The notes under the pieces are model-generated. The model saw only the letters and a list, made by a program, of their open reading frames with translations, was not told the origin of the DNA and did no database searches. The translations under genes and the position numbers were made by a program. Below, piece by piece: positions 1-10,027 of a stretch of 64,000 nucleotides of DNA (the stretch's first letter is position 1; each line of letters opens with the position of its first letter). Where the stretch lies: NCBI GenBank assembly GCA_051745305.1, contig JBNJDY010000001.1, positions 2,065 to 66,064 of the forward strand, written 5' to 3'. This DNA comes from Thermoplasmatota archaeon. Lineage in GTDB: Archaea > Thermoplasmatota > Thermoplasmata > Halarchaeoplasmatales > Halarchaeoplasmataceae.

Positions 1-1880
1 ATTCTGAGGACCAGATCAAACCTAAAATACACGATGGGTATGTAGTATGGGAGGACTATACAGATAATTATTATGGTGATATATGTATCTACAACATCAT
101 TGAAAACCTTGGCCCGTACCGGATTAATACAAGAAACACTGATGATTCTTTAGTTCCTCATAGAAACCCGGATATTTTTGAAAATAAAGTTGTTTGGACC
201 GATTATAGAAATCATTGGGGTGATAGACTTAAAGGGGATATATTCATTTACGATTTATCTGTTGATAGTAACGATGACGGTATCCCAAACTTCAGAGACT
301 CTGAGATAACCTACGACGATCCTGCAGAGTTTGAACTTGCTAATCAATCCATACATCAGCATTCTCCTTCGATATACAAAGATACGATCGTATGGACCGA
401 GTATAACAGCACCAATAATAATGATATATATTTCAAAAGTATGGGAGGCGAAAGAACTCAGATAAGCAGAGATGGAATGAAAGATGATAACCCTACCATC
501 TATGGTGAGATTGTAATTTACCAGAAGAGTGAATACGAGGTAGTCGATGGTGATAGACGTAATACAGGGTACAGCATATGGCTTTATAATTTACATGACG
601 GTGAGCACGAATTGATCCGTCAAATTCCAGCAGACGAGGATAGGAGGGGACGGGTAAAAGTAAGGTTTCCGTCTATTCACCAAAACAGGATAACCTGGGA
701 GGAAAATCATCCTTCATCCGATGAGGATATAGACTATCAATATGATATTTTTTATACTGAGACCGAAGCGAAGGAACCGATAATTGAATCAGCAGAGGTT
801 GCGAACCAGACCGAAGAATTTAGCCATTCCACAGAGATGTATTTGGTAGATGGAAACAAAATTCACTTCAGAACTGAAGTCATAGATCCAAACGGAAATG
901 TGGAACAAGTAACAGTAGATACTAGTGAACTTACCGATTCAGTTGATCATATCGATCTTTTCGAGTCCCAACAGAACATCTACAAGGGTAGTTTAGATTA
1001 TCAAGATGATATGCAGGAGGGAACGTATAATGTTACCATCGAAGTATGGGATTCATCGGGCAATCGCATAGAAAGTGATATACTAGAAATACGCCTTTTT
1101 GAAGTGCCTCTCGAATTTTCATTCGTGGGTGTTGGAACTGATATAAACGAATTGGGAAATGAGACTAATTTTGTTCTAGAAGAAGGAAATAGCATTTTCT
1201 TCACAGCGGATCTGAGTGAATTCGAAGGAGAAGTATCTCGGGTATACGTTGATGTTTCATCGTTTGAATTGGATAGAAGTGAGTTCGATTTGAGTATACA
1301 CGAAGGGCTTTATCTGTATGAGTACGAATTCGAAGAAGATATTTCACCTGGTGAAAAGACTGTTAGATTTCATGCTGTGAGTAGTAGGGGTCAGGAGATA
1401 GAGAGTCGTAACTTAACGGTGAATGTTTTAGCTAAGCCTACCCAGACTCCTAACATAATCTCATCCGGCGTTGGAAGAGAGTTATCTGAAGTGAGACAAT
1501 CCATCGACTTTGAATTAGAAGATGGAAATTATATATATTTCATAGCTACGGTAGAGCATGCTGAGGACGTTTCTTACAATGTGTCCTTGAACATTGAGGG
1601 TATGGAAAACATCGAGATGATTGAAAAGGTGGATGAGAACACTTATTATTATAGATTAGAATATTCAGAAGGTCTAGAACAAGGCGAAAAAACAGCAGAC
1701 ATATTCGTTGAAGATGAATTCTGTCAAAATGTAACTAGTGAAGAAATAAAGATCAATTTTATCCCGCCTGAGGAAAGTTTACCGATGTATTACTATCTCA
1801 TACCTGTATTAGCTGTTATACTTTTGATTGTTGGAGTCTTATACTGGAAAAAGCCCGAATATTTCAAAAAATCCTATTAA
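1..1880 (+). CDS. Cell-surface protein, 5' partial. It has PD40/beta-propeller-like repeats, Ig-like repeats rich in N-glycosylation sequons, and a C-terminal TM anchor.
   Basis: Frame 3 is open from window position 3 with no stop, so the ORF extends upstream of the listed ATG at 441. It carries repeated xVVWxDYR...GDIYIYDL motifs (PD40/WD40-like), many NxT/S sequons, and a C-terminal hydrophobic helix (LIPVLAVILLIVGVLYW) followed by KK. Confidence 0.55.
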   Translation, partial: SEDQIKPKIHDGYVVWEDYTDNYYGDICIYNIIENLGPYRINTRNTDDSLVPHRNPDIFENKVVWTDYRNHWGDRLKGDIFIYDLSVDSNDDGIPNFRDSEITYDDPAEFELANQSIHQHSPSIYKDTIVWTEYNSTNNNDIYFKSMGGERTQISRDGMKDDNPTIYGEIVIYQKSEYEVVDGDRRNTGYSIWLYNLHDGEHELIRQIPADEDRRGRVKVRFPSIHQNRITWEENHPSSDEDIDYQYDIFYTETEAKEPIIESAEVANQTEEFSHSTEMYLVDGNKIHFRTEVIDPNGNVEQVTVDTSELTDSVDHIDLFESQQNIYKGSLDYQDDMQEGTYNVTIEVWDSSGNRIESDILEIRLFEVPLEFSFVGVGTDINELGNETNFVLEEGNSIFFTADLSEFEGEVSRVYVDVSSFELDRSEFDLSIHEGLYLYEYEFEEDISPGEKTVRFHAVSSRGQEIESRNLTVNVLAKPTQTPNIISSGVGRELSEVRQSIDFELEDGNYIYFIATVEHAEDVSYNVSLNIEGMENIEMIEKVDENTYYYRLEYSEGLEQGEKTADIFVEDEFCQNVTSEEIKINFIPPEESLPMYYYLIPVLAVILLIVGVLYWKKPEYFKKSY

Positions 1881-1962
1881 ATGACTCGATCCAGTATGAA
1901 TATTAAATCACTCAAATCTATTTCCAGAAGAATTATATAACCCTCGCGAATGTTCGAAGTCG

Positions 1963-4227
1963 ATGACTACATTAGTGATTTGTGAAAAGAATAACGCAGC
2001 ATCCCGTATAGCTTATCTGCTTTCAGATGGCGATCAAGATAAAGAATATTACTACAAAGTACCCTATTACGAATTCGATAGAGAAGGAGAACATTACATT
2101 GTTGTCGGTCTTAGGGGGCACATACTGGAGTATGATTATCCAGATAATTACAATAACTGGTCTAAGGTGGATGAAGAAGAACTGATAGATGTAGAGCCGA
2201 ATAAAGAGATCAGCGCTAAGCGTATAGCTAATCTTGTAAAAAAGATGGGAGATAAATCGGATAGTGTGATCGTTGCCACCGATTACGATAGAGAAGGTGA
2301 ATTGATAGGTCTTGAAGCTGTTAGATTGTTGATAGAAGACCGACCTGATTTAGAAGTAAAAAGAGCTAGATTCAGTTCGCTATCTAAGGGTGAGATCGAA
2401 AGTGCCTTCGGTGAGTTGGAGGACGTAGATGAGAAACTAGCTGAGTCTGCCGAGACTAGACAGGTCGTAGATCTTGCTTGGGGAGCGGTTTTAACTAGGT
2501 TCTTATCCAAGACAGCGGGTAGGTACGGAAAAAATTTCATTTCAGCTGGTAGAGTTCAAACACCTACCCTCGCTATTGTAGTCGATAAAGATGAGGAGAT
2601 CGACAATTTTGAACCGGATCCGTTTTGGAAAATAACTGCCCTCCTGGAAAAGGATTTTCAATTCGAAGCGAGTTTCGACGAAGATAGAGTTTGGGATGAA
2701 GAGAGAGCTGAAAAGATTTATGAGAAGGTCGAAAACGCAGAAACTGGTACAACCACTTCTTTCAAAGAAAATAAGAAACAGAACAGACCTCCAAGTCCGT
2801 TCAATACGACACAATTCGTTTCAGATGCAAATAAGTTAGGTTTGAGTCCAGCCCAGGCCATGCGTACAGCTGAGAATCTATATACCGAAGGGTGGATATC
2901 CTATCCAAGAACTGAAAATACCGTTTATCCAAAGAGTTTGAACTATCGTCAACATCTTAAGAAACTTACGGATTCCGAATTAGGTGATGAGATAGAAGAG
3001 ATCCTAACTCAAAAGAAGATCACCGCTACGCGTGGAAAAAAACAAACTACCGACCATCCTCCTATATATCCAATTCGACCTGCTACTAAAAAACAGTTGA
3101 ATGGTAGAGATTGGAAGGTATATGAACTCATCTTAAGAAGATTTTTAGCGACTTTATCGCCCAATGCCGTATCAAGGTCTAGACGAGCTGAATTTGATAT
3201 TGAAGGTGAAAAATTCTTCAGTAAAGGGTATGAGATAATAAAAGAAGGATGGAGAAAGTATTACCCTTATTACAAGGTAAATGAAACAAAAGTTCCATTC
3301 CTTTCAGAAGGCGATATAGTCGATGTTAAAGATGTAGATCTGACTGAAGACGAAACTAAACCTCCAAATAGATATTCGCAAGGATCATTGATCAGAAAAA
3401 TGGAAAACCTTGGGTTGGGCACCAAGAGTACGAGACATAATATCATACAGAAATTATTCGATAGGGGATTCTTATCAGGAAAGGTTCCAAGGTCTACACA
3501 ATCCGGAAAAAGTGTTGTGGAAACTCTTGAGAACCATGCTGAGATGGTTACTAGGGCTGAAATGACCAAGACTCTAGAAGAGGATATGAACAAGATCGCA
3601 GAGGGTAAACAGGATATCGAAGAGGTTATCGAAGAATCTAGAGAGATGTTAACCAAAGTGATCAAATCATTAAAAGAGGAAAAGGAAGAGATCCGGAAAG
3701 AGTTAAAAGAATCTTTTAAAGAACAGAATGCAGTTGGTAAATGTCCGGAATGTGGTGGAACTCTTCAGATGAGGAAAACCAACAAAGGGAGATTCGTAGG
3801 ATGTTCCGGTTATCCCGATTGTAGAAATACCTACAATGTTCCTAGGTCTGGTAAAGTTAAACCTGCTAGCGGAGAATGTCCTGAGTGTGGTTCACCGAAG
3901 ATTATGGTATATCATTATGGAGATACTGAAGAACTCTGTATAGATCTTAACTGTAAATATTCTAAAGACAAAAGATACAGAGGACCATGTCCTGAATGTG
4001 GAGGGGATCTTAGAGAGATGCGTTCATATCGTGGAAAGAGATTTCTGGGATGCTCGAATTATCCTGATTGTAAAAACACATATCCTGTTCCTCAAAAAGG
4101 TAAGATCGAGTATACTGGAGAAAAGTGTACCGAATGTGATTCACCTATATTGAAAATTCCAAGAAAAACGAAATCAGCTTGGGAATTCTGTCCCAACCCA
4201 GATTGTCCAGAAAATAAAAAAGAATAA
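1963..4227 (+). CDS. topA: DNA topoisomerase I (type IA) with four C-terminal C4 zinc ribbons
   Basis: It has a Toprim N-terminus (VICEKNNAASRIA, DYDREGE), a type IA core, and four CPECG...GC..YPDC zinc-ribbon repeats at the C-terminus. Confidence 0.9.
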   Translation: MTTLVICEKNNAASRIAYLLSDGDQDKEYYYKVPYYEFDREGEHYIVVGLRGHILEYDYPDNYNNWSKVDEEELIDVEPNKEISAKRIANLVKKMGDKSDSVIVATDYDREGELIGLEAVRLLIEDRPDLEVKRARFSSLSKGEIESAFGELEDVDEKLAESAETRQVVDLAWGAVLTRFLSKTAGRYGKNFISAGRVQTPTLAIVVDKDEEIDNFEPDPFWKITALLEKDFQFEASFDEDRVWDEERAEKIYEKVENAETGTTTSFKENKKQNRPPSPFNTTQFVSDANKLGLSPAQAMRTAENLYTEGWISYPRTENTVYPKSLNYRQHLKKLTDSELGDEIEEILTQKKITATRGKKQTTDHPPIYPIRPATKKQLNGRDWKVYELILRRFLATLSPNAVSRSRRAEFDIEGEKFFSKGYEIIKEGWRKYYPYYKVNETKVPFLSEGDIVDVKDVDLTEDETKPPNRYSQGSLIRKMENLGLGTKSTRHNIIQKLFDRGFLSGKVPRSTQSGKSVVETLENHAEMVTRAEMTKTLEEDMNKIAEGKQDIEEVIEESREMLTKVIKSLKEEKEEIRKELKESFKEQNAVGKCPECGGTLQMRKTNKGRFVGCSGYPDCRNTYNVPRSGKVKPASGECPECGSPKIMVYHYGDTEELCIDLNCKYSKDKRYRGPCPECGGDLREMRSYRGKRFLGCSNYPDCKNTYPVPQKGKIEYTGEKCTECDSPILKIPRKTKSAWEFCPNPDCPENKKE

Positions 4228-4236
4228 AGCTGAGGT

Positions 4237-4386
4237 TTATAACCTACGGCTTTCTTTAGCTTTCATTCTCAAATTCTTCTTACCGCATTTACGACAACTG
4301 GTTGCTTTCTTTGGATTACTTGCGTAGCAATCCATGCATATTTTCTTATCTAGTAATCTTTTTTCAGCTTCTGGGAATCTTGCCAT
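4237..4386 (-). CDS. rpl40e: Ribosomal protein L40e
   Basis: The conserved N-terminus [25 protein letters not shown]...CRKCG matches L40e. The listed ORF begins 11 codons upstream at a non-conserved Met. Confidence 0.8.
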   Translation of the reverse strand: MARFPEAEKRLLDKKICMDCYASNPKKATSCRKCGKKNLRMKAKESRRL

Positions 4387-4500
4387 AATTAACACCGTAG
4401 GATATAATGGACACAACATGTTCTTATATATAAATTATTAGGGTGATGTAAGGATCATATTTTTCAAAAAGTCAAGTTTTAATAATGAAGAAACAATTGA

Positions 4501-5226
4501 TTGATCATGGATAAATCTGTAAAGTACTTCAACGAAATGCACATGGACGATTTTTCAAATTCTAAAGACTTGTTATTCTTCCTACCTGTGGGGATCAGCG
4601 AAGGACATGGCAAACACCTGCCTGTCGGTACTGACACTTATCAAGCAGATTATATGGTAGAAAGGGTTGCAGAAAAGATAGGAAAAAAATCTGTGATAGG
4701 ACCAACATTGAATTATGGTCACTGTAGAGCTACTTCTGATTTACCTGGAACACTTTCTATTTCGTTTGATTCACTTAGAAACATCGTTTACGATATCTTA
4801 AAAGGCGTATGTAAAAATGGTTTTGAAAAGATAATAGTGATCTCTGGACATGCGGGTGCAACTCATATGACCGCTTTAAGATTATCTGCTGAGAAAATTA
4901 TCGATGAATTCGATGTTAAAATAATGCTGCTTTCAGATTATGAATTGGCTTATGAATTGAAAGGAGAAAAAGTATCTGAAACTGATGGGCATGGTGGAGA
5001 ACTCGAAACTTCCAGGATGATGGATATCAAAGGTCATCTTGTCGATGAAGATCGACCTTCTAATGAAGTTCATTATCCACGCTTTAGGGTCATTAAGAAT
5101 TATAAAAAGTACCTGACAGAGGGGATGAGAGGTAACGCTAAAAAGGCAACTAAAGAGGAGGGAAGCGAAATTAATGACTATGTGATACAAGGTATAATCA
5201 AAAACATAAATGAGCACTTATTCTAA
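4501..5226 (+). CDS. Creatininase-family amidohydrolase (ArfB-like)
   Basis: The LPVGISEGHGKHLPVGTD and ISGHAG motifs are typical of the creatininase/ArfB fold. Confidence 0.65.
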   Translation: MIMDKSVKYFNEMHMDDFSNSKDLLFFLPVGISEGHGKHLPVGTDTYQADYMVERVAEKIGKKSVIGPTLNYGHCRATSDLPGTLSISFDSLRNIVYDILKGVCKNGFEKIIVISGHAGATHMTALRLSAEKIIDEFDVKIMLLSDYELAYELKGEKVSETDGHGGELETSRMMDIKGHLVDEDRPSNEVHYPRFRVIKNYKKYLTEGMRGNAKKATKEEGSEINDYVIQGIIKNINEHLF

Positions 5227-5268
5227 CAAAAAATAAATACTTTCTACCTGTTAAATAAATAGAGTTTC

Positions 5269-5937
5269 ATGTTACAAGAAAAAAGAAATGCCGGATTTAG
5301 AGCTGCAGAATATGTAGAAGATGGCATGGTAGTAGGTTTGGGGACCGGTTCTACAGCAAAGCATGCTGTGGAGAAGATCGGAGAACGAATCAGGGAAGAA
5401 GGTCTAGATATCGTGGCGATCCCAACATCAGAAAACACAAAGATGATGGCAGAAGACTTCAATATACCTTTAACAACATTGGATGAAGTCAAAAAGATCG
5501 ATGTCACCATAGATGGTGCAGATGAAGTTGATGATGACAAGAACTTGATCAAAGGCGGCGGGGGAGCTCTCCTAAGAGAAAAGATGGTGGCCTTTGAATC
5601 AGATTTTGAACTAATCGTTGTCGATCCCACTAAAATAGTTGAAAAATTAGGAGTCGGTTTCGATCTACCTGTTGAAATTATTCCGCACTGGAAGAATTCT
5701 ACTATACGTAGTATTGAAATGCTGGGATGTACATCTAATATCAGGATGCATGATAGCAGCATTTTTAAAACGGATAATCATAACTACATTGTAGATTGCT
5801 CTTTTGAGGGTATAGATGATCCAGAAACACTTTCCAATCAACTTAATAACATACCTGGTGTTATAGAGAATGGATTATTCATAGAACTTGCAGATAAAAT
5901 AATAATAGGAAAAAAAGAGGGTTTTGAAGAGTTTTAA
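5269..5937 (+). CDS. rpiA: Ribose-5-phosphate isomerase A
   Basis: It carries the GLGTGSTA motif, the IPTSE motif and the KGGGGAL motif. Confidence 0.85.
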   Translation: MLQEKRNAGFRAAEYVEDGMVVGLGTGSTAKHAVEKIGERIREEGLDIVAIPTSENTKMMAEDFNIPLTTLDEVKKIDVTIDGADEVDDDKNLIKGGGGALLREKMVAFESDFELIVVDPTKIVEKLGVGFDLPVEIIPHWKNSTIRSIEMLGCTSNIRMHDSSIFKTDNHNYIVDCSFEGIDDPETLSNQLNNIPGVIENGLFIELADKIIIGKKEGFEEF

Positions 5938-6308
5938 TAGATTTTATCTGATAGTTCTTTTATATGTTTTAGATTGTCTTGTATCTCTTTGATCCTATCT
6001 TTTTCCTTTTGTTCTATCTCAGCTATGATTTCGTCAACTTTTTTATCAAGTGTGTAACCATGAACAGGTCTACCTTTACCTTCTTTCTTTATATCTCTCT
6101 TGGTTACCCATCCCCTTTCTCTCAATTCCTGCATAGCAATTGATACTTCAGGCTGCCTGAGATTAGTTGATGATTCTATCTCCCGGCTTCTAGTTTCTTC
6201 TTTTGCGGCAACAAAAACCAAAGTTTTAGCTATGTTTTTCTGTAAACCAGCTTTTATCAGTCTATCTATCAATTCTTCTTGATTTTCCGTCAGGCTTTTT
6301 TTGACCAT
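5934..6308 (-). CDS. Winged-helix transcriptional regulator
   Basis: This is a 124 aa protein with an internal wHTH (TRSREIESSTNLRQPEVSIAMQELRERGWV...GRPVHGY). It is transcribed divergently from the Usp/permease cluster. Confidence 0.45.
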   Translation of the reverse strand: MVKKSLTENQEELIDRLIKAGLQKNIAKTLVFVAAKEETRSREIESSTNLRQPEVSIAMQELRERGWVTKRDIKKEGKGRPVHGYTLDKKVDEIIAEIEQKEKDRIKEIQDNLKHIKELSDKIY

Positions 6309-6464
6309 ATTTCTCCACCTTAAATAAATATTTTATCTCTAGTATATATCATTTTCTAAATTAGAGGACTCCTTTATATATTTTTAGGACGATTGAATGA
6401 GATGTAGAGAAAATTTCGTGAAAATATGTATATATCACTCTATCAATTTAAAAAGTGATTCATC

Positions 6465-7271
6465 ATGTTCAATAAAATACTAATCGCCACAGACAACTCG
6501 CCTTTGATGAAAAAAGCTATGGAATATACTGCAACTATCTTTCCATATGCTGATTACCATCTTATCAATGTGATCAATACAAGTGATGGAAGTATTCCTC
6601 AAACAAGACTGATGCAGAAGAGATTAAGAGAGATATCTTCTGATGCGCTCAAATCAGGAAAAAAAGTTCTGAACAATATGGGTATTACAGGTATAAAAGT
6701 GGCTATGCCGGAAGGGACTCCTTCTAGACAGATAACAAACTACATCACAAAGAACGGTATCGATCTACTCGTGATGGCCACTCATTCTAAAATGGGGTCC
6801 CAGGAGGTACATATTGGGGAAACCGCTATACATTCTTTACAAATCACAAGTATACCATCGCTGATATTTTCCAGTAAATGCGAAGTTGAGATCCCTAAAA
6901 AGATATTTAATCCGACCACTTTCAGTAGTTATTCTGTTGACGCTACAATGGTTGCTCTTAGTTTAGCATCTCACTTCGAAGCAAGTTTAACAACATACCA
7001 TTTTGGCAGCAAAGATCCTGGACATGCTGCTAGGAGGATTCAACGAAGGGCTGAAAAAAATGATATTGATTTCGAGTTGATCATCGATAAAGAGGCGACC
7101 GATGAAAAATTACTCGAAGAATCAAAAAAATATGATTTTATAGTAGGGAGCAGGGGTAGAGGTGGCTTACTATATAAATTAAGATTCTTGTTCCCTAGAT
7201 TTGCACTGAGTAGTTTGGAGAAAGAATTGATCGCAGATTGTTCGATACCTTTACTCTTGGTCGGTGACTGA
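6465..7271 (+). CDS. Universal stress protein with tandem Usp domains
   Basis: The N-terminus ILIATDNS is the UspA signature. The 268 aa length fits two Usp domains, and the gene is a paralog of 10028..10837. Confidence 0.7.
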   Translation: MFNKILIATDNSPLMKKAMEYTATIFPYADYHLINVINTSDGSIPQTRLMQKRLREISSDALKSGKKVLNNMGITGIKVAMPEGTPSRQITNYITKNGIDLLVMATHSKMGSQEVHIGETAIHSLQITSIPSLIFSSKCEVEIPKKIFNPTTFSSYSVDATMVALSLASHFEASLTTYHFGSKDPGHAARRIQRRAEKNDIDFELIIDKEATDEKLLEESKKYDFIVGSRGRGGLLYKLRFLFPRFALSSLEKELIADCSIPLLLVGD

Positions 7272-8577
7272 GTTGAAAATAACCGTAATAGGATCACTAG
7301 TAATATTTGCACTGACTTATTACGGCATCATCAACAGACGAATACACAGAACCATAGCAGCCATGTCCGGCGGTATTTTTATGATACTGATCGGACATTG
7401 GATGGGATTCTACGATGCAAATCAAGCCATAGACTATATCGATTTCAATACCATCGGATTACTTTTTGGTATGATGATAATAGTTGGAATGCTGGGAGAT
7501 ACGGGATTCTTTAGATATTTAGCTATCAAAATCGCAAAGTTCTCAAACGGCAGTTATTACAAACTCTTGGCTTTACTAGTATTGGTGACTGCTTTTACTT
7601 CAGCTTTTCTAGATAATGTGACTACTATTCTTTTGATGGTGCCGATCACGATCACTATCGCGAGAGAATTAGATGTGACCCCTATTCCATTTTTGATGGC
7701 GGAATTGATCGCATCTAACATCGGTGGAACGATGACGTTGATAGGTGATCCTCCTAATATCATGATCGGAAGTGCTGCAAATATACATTTTATCCATTTC
7801 ATCATATATCTTGCACCAATTGTTATCATAGTTCTATTCATAGTACTACTAGTCTTTGAATTATCTAACTATGAATTGCTTAATCAAGAGATGACGAGGT
7901 TTGATGATATACTTAAACTAGATGCAAATGCCAGTATAGTCAATTATGATTTGCTGAAAAAAACAATTTTTATACTTACAATAACAATCTTATTATTTAC
8001 TGTTCACCATATTTTAAATTTGGAGCCTTGGTTTGTTGCAGTTTTGGGAGCTAGCCTTCTTTTACTTTTGACATTCACTGAGCCTGAAGAGGCATTGAAA
8101 CATGTCCATTGGGAAACTTTATTATTCTTCATGGGCTTGTTCATAGTCATAGGAGGTCTTCATAGTGCTGGTGTTATTGAGATCATCGCCTTGGAGATAG
8201 AGATATTCAGCGGTCACAGCTTGGTTTTATCCATGTTCATTATAATTATGATAAGTGGTCTTTTCGCCATTGTTATGGGAAATATACCAGCCGCTATTAT
8301 ATTGATTCCAGTTGTTAATATTTTCATCGATCATTCGGGATTGGGGGCAGGATTTATAATAAATCCTCTATGGTGGGCCCTATCATTGGGAACTTGTTTT
8401 GGTGGTAATGGTACTTTGATAAGTGCTCCAGCAAATCTCGTCGTTTCAAACATCTCTAATAAAATGGGGGAACCTATATCATTTTGGGGATATGCGAGAA
8501 AGGCACTTCCAATAACTATACTTTCTTTGTTCCTGTCGTTTATTTTCCTTTGGTTATTCTACATTGTTTTACTGTGA
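7264..8577 (+). CDS. Ion-transporter superfamily permease (ArsB/NhaD/DASS-like), paralog 1
   Basis: It is polytopic with the duplicated motifs IGGTMTLIGDPPN and GGNGTLISAPANL. It is closely similar to 8676..9980. Confidence 0.6.
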   Translation: MTELKITVIGSLVIFALTYYGIINRRIHRTIAAMSGGIFMILIGHWMGFYDANQAIDYIDFNTIGLLFGMMIIVGMLGDTGFFRYLAIKIAKFSNGSYYKLLALLVLVTAFTSAFLDNVTTILLMVPITITIARELDVTPIPFLMAELIASNIGGTMTLIGDPPNIMIGSAANIHFIHFIIYLAPIVIIVLFIVLLVFELSNYELLNQEMTRFDDILKLDANASIVNYDLLKKTIFILTITILLFTVHHILNLEPWFVAVLGASLLLLLTFTEPEEALKHVHWETLLFFMGLFIVIGGLHSAGVIEIIALEIEIFSGHSLVLSMFIIIMISGLFAIVMGNIPAAIILIPVVNIFIDHSGLGAGFIINPLWWALSLGTCFGGNGTLISAPANLVVSNISNKMGEPISFWGYARKALPITILSLFLSFIFLWLFYIVLL

Positions 8578-8675
8578 TTTTAAACCTATGAATATAAACT
8601 ATGAAAAACTGTAAATAGCTTAACATATCCTGGTTTTCAAAATGTGTATATAATAATTAAGAATAGGCGAAAGAT

Positions 8676-9980
8676 ATGACGGTAGAGGTTATCGGTTCAA
8701 TTATAATATTCGCATTATCTTACTATGGTATCGTTTCTAAGCGTATCCATAGAACGATAGCCGCCCTTTCAGGGGCCGTTGGTATGCTGCTTTTTGGACA
8801 CGGTTTGGGATTTTATGATACCCATGCAGCGATTGATTATATCGATTTCAATACTATCGGATTATTACTGGGTATGATGATTTTAGTGGGGCTACTAGGT
8901 GAAACCGGGTTTTTCAAATATGTTGCAATAAAAACAGCAAAAGCTTCCGAAGGTAGTTATTATAGATTACTCGCATTTTTTGTTCTAGTGACGGCTTTTA
9001 CATCTGCATTTCTTGACAATGTTACAACCATTTTACTTTTAGCTCCAGTTACTATCACTATAGCAAAAGAGATGGACATAAATCCTATACCTTTCCTAAT
9101 GACCGGTATTGTATCCGCAAACATAGGGGGTACCGCCACCCTGATAGGTGATCCTCCTAATGTGATAATCAGCAGTGCAACCGGAATCCAATTCAACGAA
9201 TTTATTTTATATTTGGCACCGATAGTGATCATCATCCTATTTGTGATACTGTTAGTCTTTGAATTTATTTACAAAGATATTGTCGAAACAGATATTGAAA
9301 ATTTCTCAAAGATAAAGAATATGGATGAAAAAAGTGCAATCACTAACAAATCCTTGTTAAATAAAGCATTGTTCGTCTTATTAATCACTACAATACTATT
9401 CTTATTTCATCATATAATCGGTATCGAGCCTTGGTTGGTGGCCATAACAGGTGCAAGTCTTCTTCTTATACTTTCACTTTCTGATCCGGAGGAAGCTCTA
9501 CAACACGTTCACTGGACCACATTGTTATTTTTTGCTTCTAAATTTATCCTAATCGGTGGATTGGATCAAGCGGGGATAATTCGAATGATAGGTTTTGGTA
9601 TGGTAAATGCAGCTGGTGAAAGTGTAGTTTTATCTATATTCATAGTACTTATGGTAGCTGGGGTATCGGCCATAATAATCGGGAACATACCTGCTGTAAT
9701 TGCACTTATACCTGCAGTTGAAATCTTTATAACACAGAGCCAGATGTTTGAAGGTTTTGCTGTTAATCCATTTTGGTGGGCTCTATCTCTTGGAGTGTGC
9801 CTGGGTGGTAATGGAACTCTAATCAGTTCTCATACTAATATGATCGTCTCAAGTATATCTGGTAAGATGGGATATCCTCTTTCATATTGGAAATACACAA
9901 AAACCGGCCTTCCAATAACAATTTTGTCTTTGTTTATAGCATTCTTTTTGATGGTTCTGTTTTTTGTAGTAATACTCTAA
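8676..9980 (+). CDS. Ion-transporter superfamily permease (ArsB/NhaD/DASS-like), paralog 2
   Basis: It carries the same motifs (IGGTATLIGDPPN, GGNGTLISSHTN) and is collinear with paralog 1 along its whole length. Confidence 0.6.
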   Translation: MTVEVIGSIIIFALSYYGIVSKRIHRTIAALSGAVGMLLFGHGLGFYDTHAAIDYIDFNTIGLLLGMMILVGLLGETGFFKYVAIKTAKASEGSYYRLLAFFVLVTAFTSAFLDNVTTILLLAPVTITIAKEMDINPIPFLMTGIVSANIGGTATLIGDPPNVIISSATGIQFNEFILYLAPIVIIILFVILLVFEFIYKDIVETDIENFSKIKNMDEKSAITNKSLLNKALFVLLITTILFLFHHIIGIEPWLVAITGASLLLILSLSDPEEALQHVHWTTLLFFASKFILIGGLDQAGIIRMIGFGMVNAAGESVVLSIFIVLMVAGVSAIIIGNIPAVIALIPAVEIFITQSQMFEGFAVNPFWWALSLGVCLGGNGTLISSHTNMIVSSISGKMGYPLSYWKYTKTGLPITILSLFIAFFLMVLFFVVIL

Positions 9981-10027
9981 ATAAAAGCAAAAAGTGTAAA
10001 TATATACATCAACTTATGATTATACAT

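Noticed and set aside
1001-1204. Many short antisense or out-of-frame ORFs in the track, including 1001-1204, 2283-2814, 3270-3665, 4933-5217, 5244-5762, 7557-7841, 8960-9235, 16254-16547, 25694-26332, 29005-29760 and 30393-31447
   Set aside because: All lie fully inside long ORFs with strong family motifs on the other strand or frame. They have low-complexity S/L/F-rich translations typical of antisense AT-rich sequence, so they are treated as spurious.
9887-10027. Long N-terminal extension of the second Usp ORF overlapping the permease by 94 bp
   Set aside because: The paralog starts at the equivalent MF(N/K)KILIATD position. The extension has no similarity and is probably not translated.
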